From NCBI GenBank assembly GCA_040388725.1, contig JAZKBH010000137.1, forward strand, positions 46,258-82,859: a DNA stretch of 36,602 nucleotides, given 5' to 3'. Shown here piece after piece: positions 8,941 to 18,049 of this stretch. The notes beneath the pieces were generated by a model, which was not told the origin of the DNA, did no database searches, and saw only the letters and a list, made by a program, of their open reading frames with translations. Every line of letters begins with the position of its first letter. Position 1 is the stretch's first letter. The stretch comes from Verrucomicrobiota bacterium (GTDB lineage: Bacteria; Verrucomicrobiota; Verrucomicrobiia; Methylacidiphilales; CAMAQI01). Both the position numbers and the translations under genes were made by a program.

Positions 8941-10977
8941 ATGAATCAAAAATCCGGACCTCAACTTCTTCCCCGTTCTCTCTGGAGTGAAAAATCTCTC
9001 CATACCGGAGCAAGACGCGTGCTGGCAAACCAAGAGCCTGCCTTCCATTCGATTCGTGAACGTTTTCAAAAAGTACGTCTCAAAGCCGAACAAACGAATT
9101 ACCCTCATCCTATCTTGGAACCTTCATTTACACTCGAACATGAACTCTTCGAAGCGTTTCGAAAGATCGATACGTCCAAATACTGGGAAGAAACGTTAGC
9201 GGATCGAAATGGCGAACAAAATCCGATGCCCCTTCCGGCTTATATTTATCAAGAACGGGACTGGCCTAAATTTATCGGAACGGTGAATATTATCCGAGAT
9301 CAAATCACAACGGCACTCGAATGCACTTTGGTCGGAGTCGCCGATGAGGATTCCGCCCTCCTCGACAAAGGCCTTCGTATTTGGCGAGATATGGTCGCAT
9401 GGACTGAAGGAGGATTTTGCGATGATTGGCATGGCGATATGGTTTCAATCCTTTTGAGTCTCCGTTTGGTTCGGATTGCGCTTTGGCAAGAAAGTCGACT
9501 GACGCCGGAGGATTGGAAAAATTTAGAGAAGATGCTCGTTTGGCGAATGCGCGGAACCTGGGAATTGTTGAAATTTTATAAAATTGATCAGTACCCCCTC
9601 GATTCCCATGTCAGTCATGGTGCCTGTAATTTTGCCTGTACCGTCTTCGCGGTCGAAGATCGATTTCCTTCGCTGAAAGTCTACGCCGATTGGGCCCGTG
9701 AAAAACTGGAGCCTCTCTTCCCGGTTTGGGGAAAAAACGATGGAGGATGGTCTCCCGGTGTGAATTATTGGAAATGGTCGGTTCGCTGTTGGCTCTTTTG
9801 GGCAGATCTCTATCCGTTAAATCATCCACTTCGACAACTCCCGTGGATCCAAAATACCGGTTGGTTTAAACTCTACGCTCATCCCCCTTACTCTCGGCAA
9901 GGGGCCTTTGGAGACCATTCGGATACTCCACCCGATAAATTAGATGGATCGATTATGCGTTACCTGGGCGCTTTAACAGGTCGGGGAGAATTTACCTGGT
10001 ATGCCGAAGCCTTGGCACTCAATCAACATGGCATCCGTGACCCTGGTCCTCTTTTTGATGAAGTGGAGGCACTTGCTTTCGATTTTGTCTCTCTTTCGGT
10101 TCCGACAAAAGCGATCCCCCCTCTCGGCACTTCTACCTCATGCCATTTTGAAGACACGGGCATCATTGCCTCCCATACTCATTTAGGGAATGCGGAGAAA
10201 GATCTGATGTTACTTTTCCGTTCGAGTCGTTGGGGTTCTTTCAACCACGCGCATGCGGATCAAAATTCTTTTATCATCGAATCCGGAGGAGAACCGATTC
10301 TGATCGATGCGGGGTATTATCCCACATTTCATCATCCCCATATGAAAAAATTCACGATTCAAACGGCCGCTCATAATGCGATTTTGATTGATGGAGTGGG
10401 TCAAACCACACGGAATCTTCATTCACGCGGAAAGATTACTCATTTTGAAACCTCTTCGGCATCCGACGTTTTTACAGGAGATGCGACCGAGGCCTATGCA
10501 GGCCGAGGCAAAAAAGTTCTCCGGCATATGTGGTTTCAAAAAGAAGCCCCGATTCCCTTTGTCGTTCTGATGGACGTCATTGAAACCACGCATCCTCATA
10601 CGATGGACTGGTTGCTCCATTCTTACGAAGAGATGGAAATTGATCCTGAGAAAAAAACAATTCTCGCCACAGGATGGCGAAAATTCGGGGGAAAATCGCG
10701 TGCGCTCACTCATATTCTAACCCCTGAAGAACTTTATTGGCATCAAACCGATCAGTTTCCCGCTCCGGCAGATGAACGGGAATCCGATAAAGCGAAGCAG
10801 TGGCATCTCACCGTCACTCCTAAAGGATATTTTTCAAAATCTCTCTTCATCGCCACGATTCAAATCGGAAACGCCTCGTCCCCTTGGATAACCCCTCATT
10901 ATTCTTCTCAGGAAAAAACCATCACGGTGGGAGACTTGCAATTACAATGCGATCCCCAACGGGGATTCTGGAAATAA
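8941..10977 (+). CDS. heparinase II/III-like / alginate-lyase-like protein
   Basis: C-terminal block FNHAHADQNSFIIESGGEPILIDAGYY...AHNAILIDGVGQ is typical of the heparinase II/III family. The N-terminal half is an alpha-helical toroid-like region. Confidence 0.8.
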   Translation: MNQKSGPQLLPRSLWSEKSLHTGARRVLANQEPAFHSIRERFQKVRLKAEQTNYPHPILEPSFTLEHELFEAFRKIDTSKYWEETLADRNGEQNPMPLPAYIYQERDWPKFIGTVNIIRDQITTALECTLVGVADEDSALLDKGLRIWRDMVAWTEGGFCDDWHGDMVSILLSLRLVRIALWQESRLTPEDWKNLEKMLVWRMRGTWELLKFYKIDQYPLDSHVSHGACNFACTVFAVEDRFPSLKVYADWAREKLEPLFPVWGKNDGGWSPGVNYWKWSVRCWLFWADLYPLNHPLRQLPWIQNTGWFKLYAHPPYSRQGAFGDHSDTPPDKLDGSIMRYLGALTGRGEFTWYAEALALNQHGIRDPGPLFDEVEALAFDFVSLSVPTKAIPPLGTSTSCHFEDTGIIASHTHLGNAEKDLMLLFRSSRWGSFNHAHADQNSFIIESGGEPILIDAGYYPTFHHPHMKKFTIQTAAHNAILIDGVGQTTRNLHSRGKITHFETSSASDVFTGDATEAYAGRGKKVLRHMWFQKEAPIPFVVLMDVIETTHPHTMDWLLHSYEEMEIDPEKKTILATGWRKFGGKSRALTHILTPEELYWHQTDQFPAPADERESDKAKQWHLTVTPKGYFSKSLFIATIQIGNASSPWITPHYSSQEKTITVGDLQLQCDPQRGFWK

Positions 10978-11008
10978 ACTCTCGTAAAAACGACCCCTTT
11001 TAAAATTT

Positions 11009-13258
11009 GTGAACAATCCTCATTGGTATCATCAAACTTATCGGAAACTTCATCTCGATTGGCATCAACCTCCGTGGATTAAAAAACCGGGGGAATTTTT
11101 GACCGCAAAAACCGCACGAGAACAGGCGCGGATGTTTAAAAAGACAGGGATTCAAGCCGTTGAATTTTTTCTCTATGATCACCATGGCCAGGCTTTTTTC
11201 CCGAGTCGCCGAGGAACACGTCATCCGAATTTTAAAAGCGATTATCCCCGATTCATGATCGATGCTCTCCAAGAGCAAAAAATTAAATCGATCGGTTATA
11301 TGAATGTTCTCACCAGCATTCACTTAAGCAAACAACATCCGGATTGGTTTATTCGTAAACCGGATGGTTCTCAACCTGGAGCCGCATGGCTCACCTATCC
11401 GCATTCCTGGATTTGCCTCGCCTCTCCTTATGCGGATGAATATTTTCTTCCCCTCGTCGAAGAAGTGCTCACGCGTTATCCTTTGGACGGACTTTGGTTG
11501 GATGCGCTCTCCTGGCTCTCGGATACGATTTGTCATTGCCCTCATTGCTGTAAACGATTCCAAGCATTGGAAGGCGTACTTCCCCCCCGAGAAGAACCGA
11601 AAGATTTAGGTCAATGTACTCCTTCCGAAAAATCGATATGGATCGCTTGGAAGATTTATCGATTAGGACTGATCACCGAATTTCACCGAAAAATACACGC
11701 GTTAGCACAACGTCTTCGTCCCGGAATAATCGTGATGGATAATTGTGCAGGCCAAGCCATCCGACCCGCAGTAGAAGTCAAAAATGACCGATTTGTAAAA
11801 TGGGTTTCCGCTTCTCAATTAGAAATGGATGCCTTGTCCTGTGATCCCGTCCCCTTAGGGGGAAACCATGAAATGATTTTAAGTTTTCAAGGGAGATATC
11901 AAATTACGACGGGAAAAGCGTTTGATTTTATGAACGAACGTTTTCACTGTTGGGGAGAGTGGCAGACACGTTCGTTAACGGATTGGAAATTAGAATTCGC
12001 AACGATTCTTGCAAATGGAGGAAAATGTTTTTTTGCAGATAATCCTTATCCCGATGGAACGTTAGAACCCCGCGTCTACGAACTTCTCAAAGAAGGTTAT
12101 CAATTTGTCAAAGAGAGAGAGCCGATTTGCCGTGAAGCGAAGCCCATTTATGAGATCGGCATTTTAGCATCATCGCCTAGTCAATTTTTTGGATTACCTC
12201 AATTACACGACAGTCCCCGCTTATTGCCCACACCCACTTTAAGCGGCCGGCTCTCCGGCGCTCATTTGGCCGCCATCGAATTAGGATGGCAAGCCCATCT
12301 CTTTGACGAAGTCACACTCTGTCAAAATCTCGATACCCTGAAATGTGTGATTATTCCTGATCAAGAACTCATCGATTCAAAAACGGTCGAGGCATTAAAA
12401 CTGTTTGTCCAAAAGGGGGGCTATTTGTGGCTATTGGGAGGAAGTGGTCTCTACGACGAACACTTCCAAAAAAGAGCGGTTTGGCCATTTTCTCAAATAG
12501 CAGGTCTCCAATGCGATGGCGAATGGCCTGCCCCTGTAAATTATTTTCGACCGTCTGCTTCTCTTTCGAAAATGGCCCGAGATCTGGAGATATTACCGGT
12601 CGAGTGCTGGGGGCGAGCGATAAAATTTCGCGCGCCAAAGGCTAAAACCGTCGTCGGTCTTTCCGAGCCTATTTCCGATGTCTGGAAAGACGGAAAACGT
12701 CTTCGCGAAAACTTCCAACATCATACGGTCACGGGAGCATGTCCTCCTTCTTCCAAAATTTCAGGGGGCGGAATCTTTTTAAATTCCTATGGAAAAGGAA
12801 AAGTGCTGACCACCTCCATCGATCTCTTCACCCGATACTTTTTGGAAGGCCACCGATTACTGCGCGGATTAATTGAAGCCTGTTTGGAAACACTCTATCC
12901 TCAAGAAAGCCGATTGGTTTTCTCAAAAGATAAACCCTTACAGTTGGAAACTCATCTTCTCTCCCAAAACGGAAAATGGATTTTCCACGCCGTGAATTAT
13001 TTTTCTCAGAAGCGTAAAGGCGCGATGGTCACCAATGACGATGCCATTGAATCACGTCCTTTTACGGTCCATTTAAAGGTTCCTTTTTCCGTTCAAAAAG
13101 CAACCTTAGAACCGAGCGGAAAAGTCATCCCTTTCCGAAAAACAAAAAAAGGCGTGAGCGTTGAAGTTCCTTCCTTTGCTTTGCACTCTGCCGTGGTTCT
13201 TCACGAGAAAAAACGTTCTGCCGCTTTCGACGCTCATCATCGAATCAAAAAAACTTAA
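11009..13258 (+). CDS. putative glycoside hydrolase (GHL6-like TIM barrel plus GH42-type trimerisation-like domain)
   Basis: N-terminal region (LHLDWHQPPW...AVEFFLYDHHGQAFFPS...HPDWFIRKPDGS) resembles the 'hypothetical glycosyl hydrolase 6' family. Cys cluster CHCPHCCKRF. GTG start. Confidence 0.55.
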   Translation: MNNPHWYHQTYRKLHLDWHQPPWIKKPGEFLTAKTAREQARMFKKTGIQAVEFFLYDHHGQAFFPSRRGTRHPNFKSDYPRFMIDALQEQKIKSIGYMNVLTSIHLSKQHPDWFIRKPDGSQPGAAWLTYPHSWICLASPYADEYFLPLVEEVLTRYPLDGLWLDALSWLSDTICHCPHCCKRFQALEGVLPPREEPKDLGQCTPSEKSIWIAWKIYRLGLITEFHRKIHALAQRLRPGIIVMDNCAGQAIRPAVEVKNDRFVKWVSASQLEMDALSCDPVPLGGNHEMILSFQGRYQITTGKAFDFMNERFHCWGEWQTRSLTDWKLEFATILANGGKCFFADNPYPDGTLEPRVYELLKEGYQFVKEREPICREAKPIYEIGILASSPSQFFGLPQLHDSPRLLPTPTLSGRLSGAHLAAIELGWQAHLFDEVTLCQNLDTLKCVIIPDQELIDSKTVEALKLFVQKGGYLWLLGGSGLYDEHFQKRAVWPFSQIAGLQCDGEWPAPVNYFRPSASLSKMARDLEILPVECWGRAIKFRAPKAKTVVGLSEPISDVWKDGKRLRENFQHHTVTGACPPSSKISGGGIFLNSYGKGKVLTTSIDLFTRYFLEGHRLLRGLIEACLETLYPQESRLVFSKDKPLQLETHLLSQNGKWIFHAVNYFSQKRKGAMVTNDDAIESRPFTVHLKVPFSVQKATLEPSGKVIPFRKTKKGVSVEVPSFALHSAVVLHEKKRSAAFDAHHRIKKT

Positions 13259-13620
13259 TTCACCACCGCCATCACCGTCATTTCCACCGAACAGGAATGA
13301 TGATGGGCCAATCTCGTTTCAATCACCGCTCGGGCAGGGGCGCATCCTAAAGGAATCCACTCTTTCCATGCATAATTCATTTCAGGAAATGTTTGAATAT
13401 CGGAAAGAGAGACATCGACCTTCAGAATTTTACTTTTATCACTTTTAACGTGTTTCAAAAGGAGATCGATTCGCCGTAAAATTTTTTTGGTTTGCTCATA
13501 CACAGAATCGGATTCCGACCCTTCCGCCACTTGCCCGGAGAGATAAACAATTCCCTGATGGACTGCGACTTCAGCAGTCTCTTTTGGATTTCGAAGTTCT
13601 CTTAATTCCAGTGCTATCAT
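13255..13620 (-). CDS. RidA/YjgF/TdcF-family (endoribonuclease L-PSP-like) protein
   Basis: VHQGIVYLSGQVA...YEQTKKILRRIDLLL...APARAVIE fits the RidA-family pattern. I prefer the ATG at 13620 over the TTG at 13629. Its stop overlaps the stop of the convergent hydrolase gene. Confidence 0.75.
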   Translation of the reverse strand: MIALELRELRNPKETAEVAVHQGIVYLSGQVAEGSESDSVYEQTKKILRRIDLLLKHVKSDKSKILKVDVSLSDIQTFPEMNYAWKEWIPLGCAPARAVIETRLAHHHSCSVEMTVMAVVN

Positions 13621-13670
13621 TCGATTCAATTTGTATCAGGTTTATTTTTTGTAAACTCCATATTTAATAA

Positions 13671-13686
13671 AATTAATGTATTAATT
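13671..13686. promoter_or_regulatory. second copy of the 16-bp near-palindrome (AATTAATGTATTAATT), 51-66 nt upstream of the RidA-family gene start
   Basis: Identical to the 16-mer at 7597-7612 read on the other strand. Lies in the intergenic region upstream of 13620. Confidence 0.3.
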
Positions 13687-13798
13687 GTTTTGATGTTCAT
13701 TTTCATCGCTCAAACCAACGAAAACCATACCCCCCCGGCTTGGGCGTTCTGAATGCTAACCTAAAAAAAATTTAATATATTTTCCTATCACAGTTTTC

Positions 13799-14056
13799 CT
13801 ACGCCATCGCATGCGTCAAAATCTCGACATGTGCCAGAATCTGATCCTCTTCTAAATGAAACCCATTTTCCAAGTGCCATTCCAGCGAATGCGCTTCGGG
13901 ATATTCCGCAAAATCAGCCACGTGTCCTTCCAATGCTTCTTTCATATGATGAAGTGTCTCTTCCACAGTCGCTCCAGCACTGACACACCCCACAATATCG
14001 GGAATAGCCGCGCAATAATTTTTCCCCGTATGTTCGATTACAACCAAATAATTCAT
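13799..14056 (-). CDS. hicB: HicB-family antitoxin
   Basis: MNYLVVIEHTGKNYCAAIPDIVGCVSAGATVEETL is the classic HicB N-terminal fold. 4-nt overlap with the upstream hicA. Confidence 0.85.
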   Translation of the reverse strand: MNYLVVIEHTGKNYCAAIPDIVGCVSAGATVEETLHHMKEALEGHVADFAEYPEAHSLEWHLENGFHLEEDQILAHVEILTHAMA

Positions 14057-14253
14057 GAGAGTCCTCCTTGTTTTAGAATGCTCTTCAAAATAAACCCCGA
14101 AAATTCTACTTTCTTTCCGTGGAAGGGTACAGTGACTTTTCCAGGTTTTGTCGGATGTTTAAAATGATAGTGGCTTCCCGTCACTCCCGCTTTTCTCCAT
14201 CCATCATCCTCTAACATTCTCACAATTTCTAAAAAAGTCATCACCCGTTTCAT
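14053..14253 (-). CDS. hicA: HicA-family mRNA-interferase toxin
   Basis: LEDDGW...GSHYHFKHPTKPGKVTVPFHG...ILKSILKQGGL is a HicA signature. The start is probably the ATG at 14253 or 14241; the track ORF start at 14310 runs into a repeat arm. Confidence 0.85.
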   Translation of the reverse strand: MKRVMTFLEIVRMLEDDGWRKAGVTGSHYHFKHPTKPGKVTVPFHGKKVEFSGFILKSILKQGGLS

Positions 14254-14302
14254 TCTCTGCCAGTGGGAGTTAACCACTCCCTCGACAAGAGAGAAAAAGA
14301 GA

Positions 14303-14470
14303 TTAACCACAGAGGCCGCCGAGTTGCGCGGAGGAATACCGGAATTTATTGAACATGGATGGAAAACCGATCTTTTGATCGTTCGTCTCCTTCCCTGGAA
14401 AGCTCGATACCTTGTTGAATATAATGGTCTTTCGTATTCCTCTGCGCAACTCGGCGGCCTTTGCGGTTAA
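14303..14470. repeat. long imperfect palindrome, type 1 (TTAACC.CAGAGG... arms)
   Basis: Arms 14303-14339 and 14434-14470 are complementary at 34 of 37 positions, with a 94-nt spacer. TTAA at both termini. Confidence 0.9.
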
Positions 14471-14517
14471 TCTCTTCGACTTTTTCCTCCTCATCCTCTA
14501 TCCTCCCCAACTCTTCC

Positions 14518-16389
14518 ATGTTTACTTATCCGAAAATTTACGATGTCATTGTCATTGGTGCAGGTCATGCAGGCGTCGAAGCCGCGCTCGCGGCTGCCCG
14601 TATGGGAGCACAGACCTTATTGCTCACAATGAATTGTGACACGATCGGACAAATGTCCTGTAATCCTGCGATCGGTGGACTCGCGAAAGGCCATCTCGTC
14701 CGTGAAATCGACGCTCTCGGGGGAGAGATGGGAGTGAATACGGATGCGACGGGAATTCAATTCCGCATGCTCAATGCTTCCAAAGGCCCCAGTGTTCGTG
14801 GCCCACGCGCTCAATGTGATAAAAAAGCTTACCAATTTCGCATTAAATATACTTGTGAGCGTCAGCCCAATCTCGATGTCAAACAAGGCCAAATCGCCGA
14901 TCTATTAACGGAAAATGATGTCATTCAAGGAGTTACAACGAATTTAGGCGTGCACTATCGAGCAAAATCGGTCGTCGTTACGACTGGAACCTTTCTTCGC
15001 GGTCTTTTGCATGTGGGCCTTCAAAATCAGGCCGGCGGCCGTATGGGTGATAGTGCCAGTGGTTTTTCCGATTGTTTAAAACGACTTGGCTTCGAGGTCG
15101 AACGTCTCAAAACAGGAACTCCACCCCGCCTTTTAAAACAAAGCATCAACTTTGAAGGCCTGGCCCTTCAACCCGGTGACTTCCCTCCTCCTGCTTTTTC
15201 TTACATGGTCCATACCCTTAAAAAGGGTCCTGACGAGCTTTTCACCTTAAATCACTATCAAGACGGAAAGTTCCACGTGGAACAAATCCCTTGTTGGGTG
15301 ACCTATACCTCTTCCAAAACGCACGATATTATCCGAGCGAACCTGGATAAGTCTCCGATGTACTGCGGGATAATCGAAGGAGTCGGTCCTCGTTATTGCC
15401 CCTCGATCGAAGATAAGGTCGTTAAGTTTGCCGACAAAGACCGCCATCAACTTTTCCTCGAACCTGAAGGCCGGCATACCGACGAGATCTATCTCCAAGG
15501 CTGTTCAACTTCCCTTCCTTTTGAAGTTCAGTATGAATTCATTCGCTCGATCGAAGGCCTCGAAAATGCCGAGATCATGCGGCCTGGATATGCCGTCGAA
15601 TATGACTTCTGTCATCCGACCCAACTTTTCCCCACCCTTCAAACGAAAAAGATCCAAGGTCTTTACTTTGCAGGTCAAATTAACGGAACCTCCGGATACG
15701 AAGAAGCCGCCGCTCAAGGTCTCATGGCCGGAATCAATGCCGCTCTTCAAGTCCAAGGAAAACCGGAATTGGTCCTCGGGCGTCATGAAGCCTATATCGG
15801 CGTTTTAATCGATGATCTTGTGACAAAGGGAACTCAAGAGCCCTATCGAATGTTTACGTCGCGCGCCGAATATCGCCTCCTTCTTCGCCAGGACAATGCC
15901 GATCAGCGTTTAACCGAAAAAGGACATGCCATCGGACTGGCAACCCCGGAACGCTACGCTCATTTTCAACAAAAAATGGCCACGATTGATTCGGTCCGCA
16001 CCCAAATACAATCGACCAAAATCATCCACGACCGCCTTTCCGATCTCCTTCGACGTCCGACTTTTTTCTGGAAAGATCTTCCTCCCGAATTTCAAAGCGT
16101 GGAAGAAGAGGTCGCGATCCAACTCGAGACCGAGTTTAAGTATTCCGGCTACATCGCCCGTGAAATGGCTCAGATTGAGAAAATGAAATCCTCCGAAGAG
16201 AAGGGGATTCCCGATTGGCTTGACTACGACACGATCCCTGGACTCAAAAAAGAAGCCCGCCTCAAATTAAAACAAATCCGACCTCGTACCTTTGGTCAGG
16301 CCGGTCGTATCAGCGGAGTTAATCCCAGCGATCTCAGCCTCGTCATGGTCTGGACACAACGGGGACCGCAAACAGAAAATTCGATTTAA
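14518..16389 (+). CDS. mnmG: tRNA uridine 5-carboxymethylaminomethyl modification enzyme MnmG (GidA)
   Basis: FAD motif YDVIVIGAGHAGVEAALAAARMG, with GidA-type blocks along the full length. The ATG at 14518 is preferred over the TTG at 14461, which lies inside a repeat arm. Confidence 0.95.
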   Translation: MFTYPKIYDVIVIGAGHAGVEAALAAARMGAQTLLLTMNCDTIGQMSCNPAIGGLAKGHLVREIDALGGEMGVNTDATGIQFRMLNASKGPSVRGPRAQCDKKAYQFRIKYTCERQPNLDVKQGQIADLLTENDVIQGVTTNLGVHYRAKSVVVTTGTFLRGLLHVGLQNQAGGRMGDSASGFSDCLKRLGFEVERLKTGTPPRLLKQSINFEGLALQPGDFPPPAFSYMVHTLKKGPDELFTLNHYQDGKFHVEQIPCWVTYTSSKTHDIIRANLDKSPMYCGIIEGVGPRYCPSIEDKVVKFADKDRHQLFLEPEGRHTDEIYLQGCSTSLPFEVQYEFIRSIEGLENAEIMRPGYAVEYDFCHPTQLFPTLQTKKIQGLYFAGQINGTSGYEEAAAQGLMAGINAALQVQGKPELVLGRHEAYIGVLIDDLVTKGTQEPYRMFTSRAEYRLLLRQDNADQRLTEKGHAIGLATPERYAHFQQKMATIDSVRTQIQSTKIIHDRLSDLLRRPTFFWKDLPPEFQSVEEEVAIQLETEFKYSGYIAREMAQIEKMKSSEEKGIPDWLDYDTIPGLKKEARLKLKQIRPRTFGQAGRISGVNPSDLSLVMVWTQRGPQTENSI

Positions 16390-16504
16390 ACCACCAAGTT
16401 AAATTCAAAGGACAGGCAAAGGAAAACATCTTTTGCTAGTGGTTTTAAAACAAATATCTTCGAAGCTTCTTTGTTTTTCCTGGGTGGTTCAATTCACTGC
16501 ATTT
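16387..16504. repeat. imperfect palindromic element, type 5 (AACCACCAAG... / ...CTGGGTGGTTCAATTCAC)
   Basis: The left arm overlaps the mnmG stop codon. aaccaccaag (16389-16398) pairs with cctgggtggtt (16479-16489). The loop carries ggttttaaaacaaa. Related arms occur at 17315-17340, 22088-22119 and 22645-22683. Confidence 0.6.
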
Positions 16505-16611
16505 GATCTGCAGACCAGATTTGACGACTTTCTCTCCGACTTCTATTGAAATGTAATGGTTATACCTTCCCCTTACTTGATTTTCAAAAAAACATATGTA
16601 TGATCATCTGT

Positions 16612-16845
16612 ATGCGCACAACTCTGGTGATCGATGATCCTATTTTTATGAAAGCCAAGAAATTCGCTTTGGAACATGGGGTGACGTTAGGAGCATTAAC
16701 CTCTCAGGCGCTTCAAGAACATATACAAAGACATCTCGAACCTCGACGCACTGAAAAATTTTTAATGCCTCTTTTCGGAGGATCAACGCACGTCGCTCAT
16801 TCTCCTCAAGAAATTGCTCAATTTCGTGACGAAGGGCGTTCGTGA
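16612..16845 (+). CDS. vapB: VapB-type antitoxin (type II)
   Basis: Starts MRTTLVIDDPIFMKAKKFALEHGVTLGAL, as in DUF2191/VapB-like antitoxins. Overlaps the start of the downstream PIN toxin. Confidence 0.75.
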   Translation: MRTTLVIDDPIFMKAKKFALEHGVTLGALTSQALQEHIQRHLEPRRTEKFLMPLFGGSTHVAHSPQEIAQFRDEGRS

Positions 16846-17291
16846 TCATCCCGGATGTTAATCTCTGGATCTATGCCCATCGCCAAGAAGATCCCGCTCA
16901 TTCATTTTATCGAAATTGGATTGAAATAATCCTGAATGGAGATGAACCGGTCGGACTCTCTTCTTTAACTGCAACGGCATTTGTCCGGATTGTCACACAT
17001 CCGAATTTCCCTCCTCTTCCAACACCACTTCGCCAAGCAATCGGAGTCATCGATGATCTCAAAAACTTTTATAACTGCCGTTGGCTTCTCCCAGGGCAAG
17101 ATCATTGGCAAATCACCAAAATGCTTTGCGAAAAAACAACCTCGATCGGAAAACATGTCGCCGATGCGCAGCATGCAGCGATCGCCATAGAATACCATGC
17201 TACATTCGTAACACGTGATCGGGATTTTCTAAAATTCAAGCCTCATGGCCTTCACGTCGAAATTCTGGAGCCGCCATATTCCACCCCCTAA
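16842..17291 (+). CDS. vapC: VapC PIN-domain toxin
   Basis: MIIPDVNLWIYA...ADAQHAAIAIEYHATFVTRDRDF carries PIN acidic-residue contexts. GTG start overlaps the vapB stop. Confidence 0.85.
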   Translation: MIIPDVNLWIYAHRQEDPAHSFYRNWIEIILNGDEPVGLSSLTATAFVRIVTHPNFPPLPTPLRQAIGVIDDLKNFYNCRWLLPGQDHWQITKMLCEKTTSIGKHVADAQHAAIAIEYHATFVTRDRDFLKFKPHGLHVEILEPPYSTP

Positions 17292-17314
17292 AAGCCCTCT
17301 GAAATCCTTCCTTT

Positions 17315-17340
17315 CGTTGGTGGTTCACTTCACTGCATTT
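17315..17340 (+). repeat. solo type-5 right arm; direct repeat of 16479-16504
   Basis: 17319-17340 (ggtggttcacttcactgcattt) matches 16483-16504 at 21 of 22 positions. Confidence 0.85.
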
Positions 17341-17785
17341 ATAGCGGCCGTTCAAATCGATACCGCCGCTCGGATTCTAAAATCGGAATATCATTAATCG
17401 AAGCATCGCGACGGCTCATCAAACCCGTCGAATCGAATTCCCACTGCTCATTTCCATGGGAGCGATACCATTGCTGCTTTTCATCATGCCATTCGTATTC
17501 GAAGCGGACGGAAATCCGGTTATCCGTAAAAGCCCATAATTCCTTCATCAACCGATAGTCCGTCTCGACCGCCCATTTTCGTTTTAAAAATTCCACCACG
17601 GCAACTCGGCCGACTAAAAATTCGGATCGATTTCGCCAATGCGTCTCCTCCGTATAAGCCATCGCCACACGCAGGGGATCACGGGTATTCCACGCCATCT
17701 CCGCCGCTTTAACTTTTTTAAGCGCCGTTTCATGGGTAAAGGGAGGACGAATGGCCGTCGGATTCGGAATAAAAATTTCAGGCAT
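17339..17785 (-). CDS. DUF1348-family (NTF2/SnoaL-like) protein
   Basis: [24 protein letters not shown]...HWRNRSEF...[10 protein letters not shown]...[11 protein letters not shown]...[10 protein letters not shown] matches the DUF1348 pattern along its whole length. Confidence 0.85.
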   Translation of the reverse strand: MPEIFIPNPTAIRPPFTHETALKKVKAAEMAWNTRDPLRVAMAYTEETHWRNRSEFLVGRVAVVEFLKRKWAVETDYRLMKELWAFTDNRISVRFEYEWHDEKQQWYRSHGNEQWEFDSTGLMSRRDASINDIPILESERRYRFERPL

Positions 17786-17827
17786 AAAAATCCTTTACAA
17801 AACGATCGTTTGGTTATCAAGGAAAAA

Positions 17828-18041
17828 CAATTTTCACACAGTCCCTGTGTGATAACGCAAAGTCTAATAGGTACCCATTTGGAGAGCCGAGGGGAGGCAA
17901 CTAGGACAGCAGTTACGTAGAGTCACAAAGAGGTCCAAGTCTCCACCCAAAATTCAATGCAGGTTTTGATCGGAAAATTAAACTTCCTTCGGATCTGAAG
18001 GGGAGAAACTTGGGCTGCTTCGCGACTTTGCGTGAAAATTG
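17828..18041. repeat. imperfect palindrome with TTTTCAC termini
   Basis: caattttcac...gcaaagtc (17828-17864, interrupted by a 7-bp-stem hairpin cacacag/ctgtgtg) is complementary to gactttgcgtgaaaattg (18024-18041). Confidence 0.6.
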
Positions 18042-18049
18042 TTTTAGGT

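Noticed and set aside
14461-14517. TTG start at 14461 for mnmG (and similar long N-terminal extensions in the track for hicA, vapB, mazE, parE, the MalF-like permease, the GH99-like gene and the 27163 ORF)
   Set aside because: The extensions run through repeat arms or neighbouring genes and add residues absent from the conserved family N-termini. Internal ATG codons give canonical N-termini, so those were used.
16479-16504. tRNA-derived T-arm in gggtggttcaattcactgc (a GTTCAAT-like loop)
   Set aside because: With a 7-nt TTCAATT loop the flanking 5-bp T-stem does not pair (ggtgg versus cactg). No acceptor or CCA context is present. I found no tRNA genes in the window.
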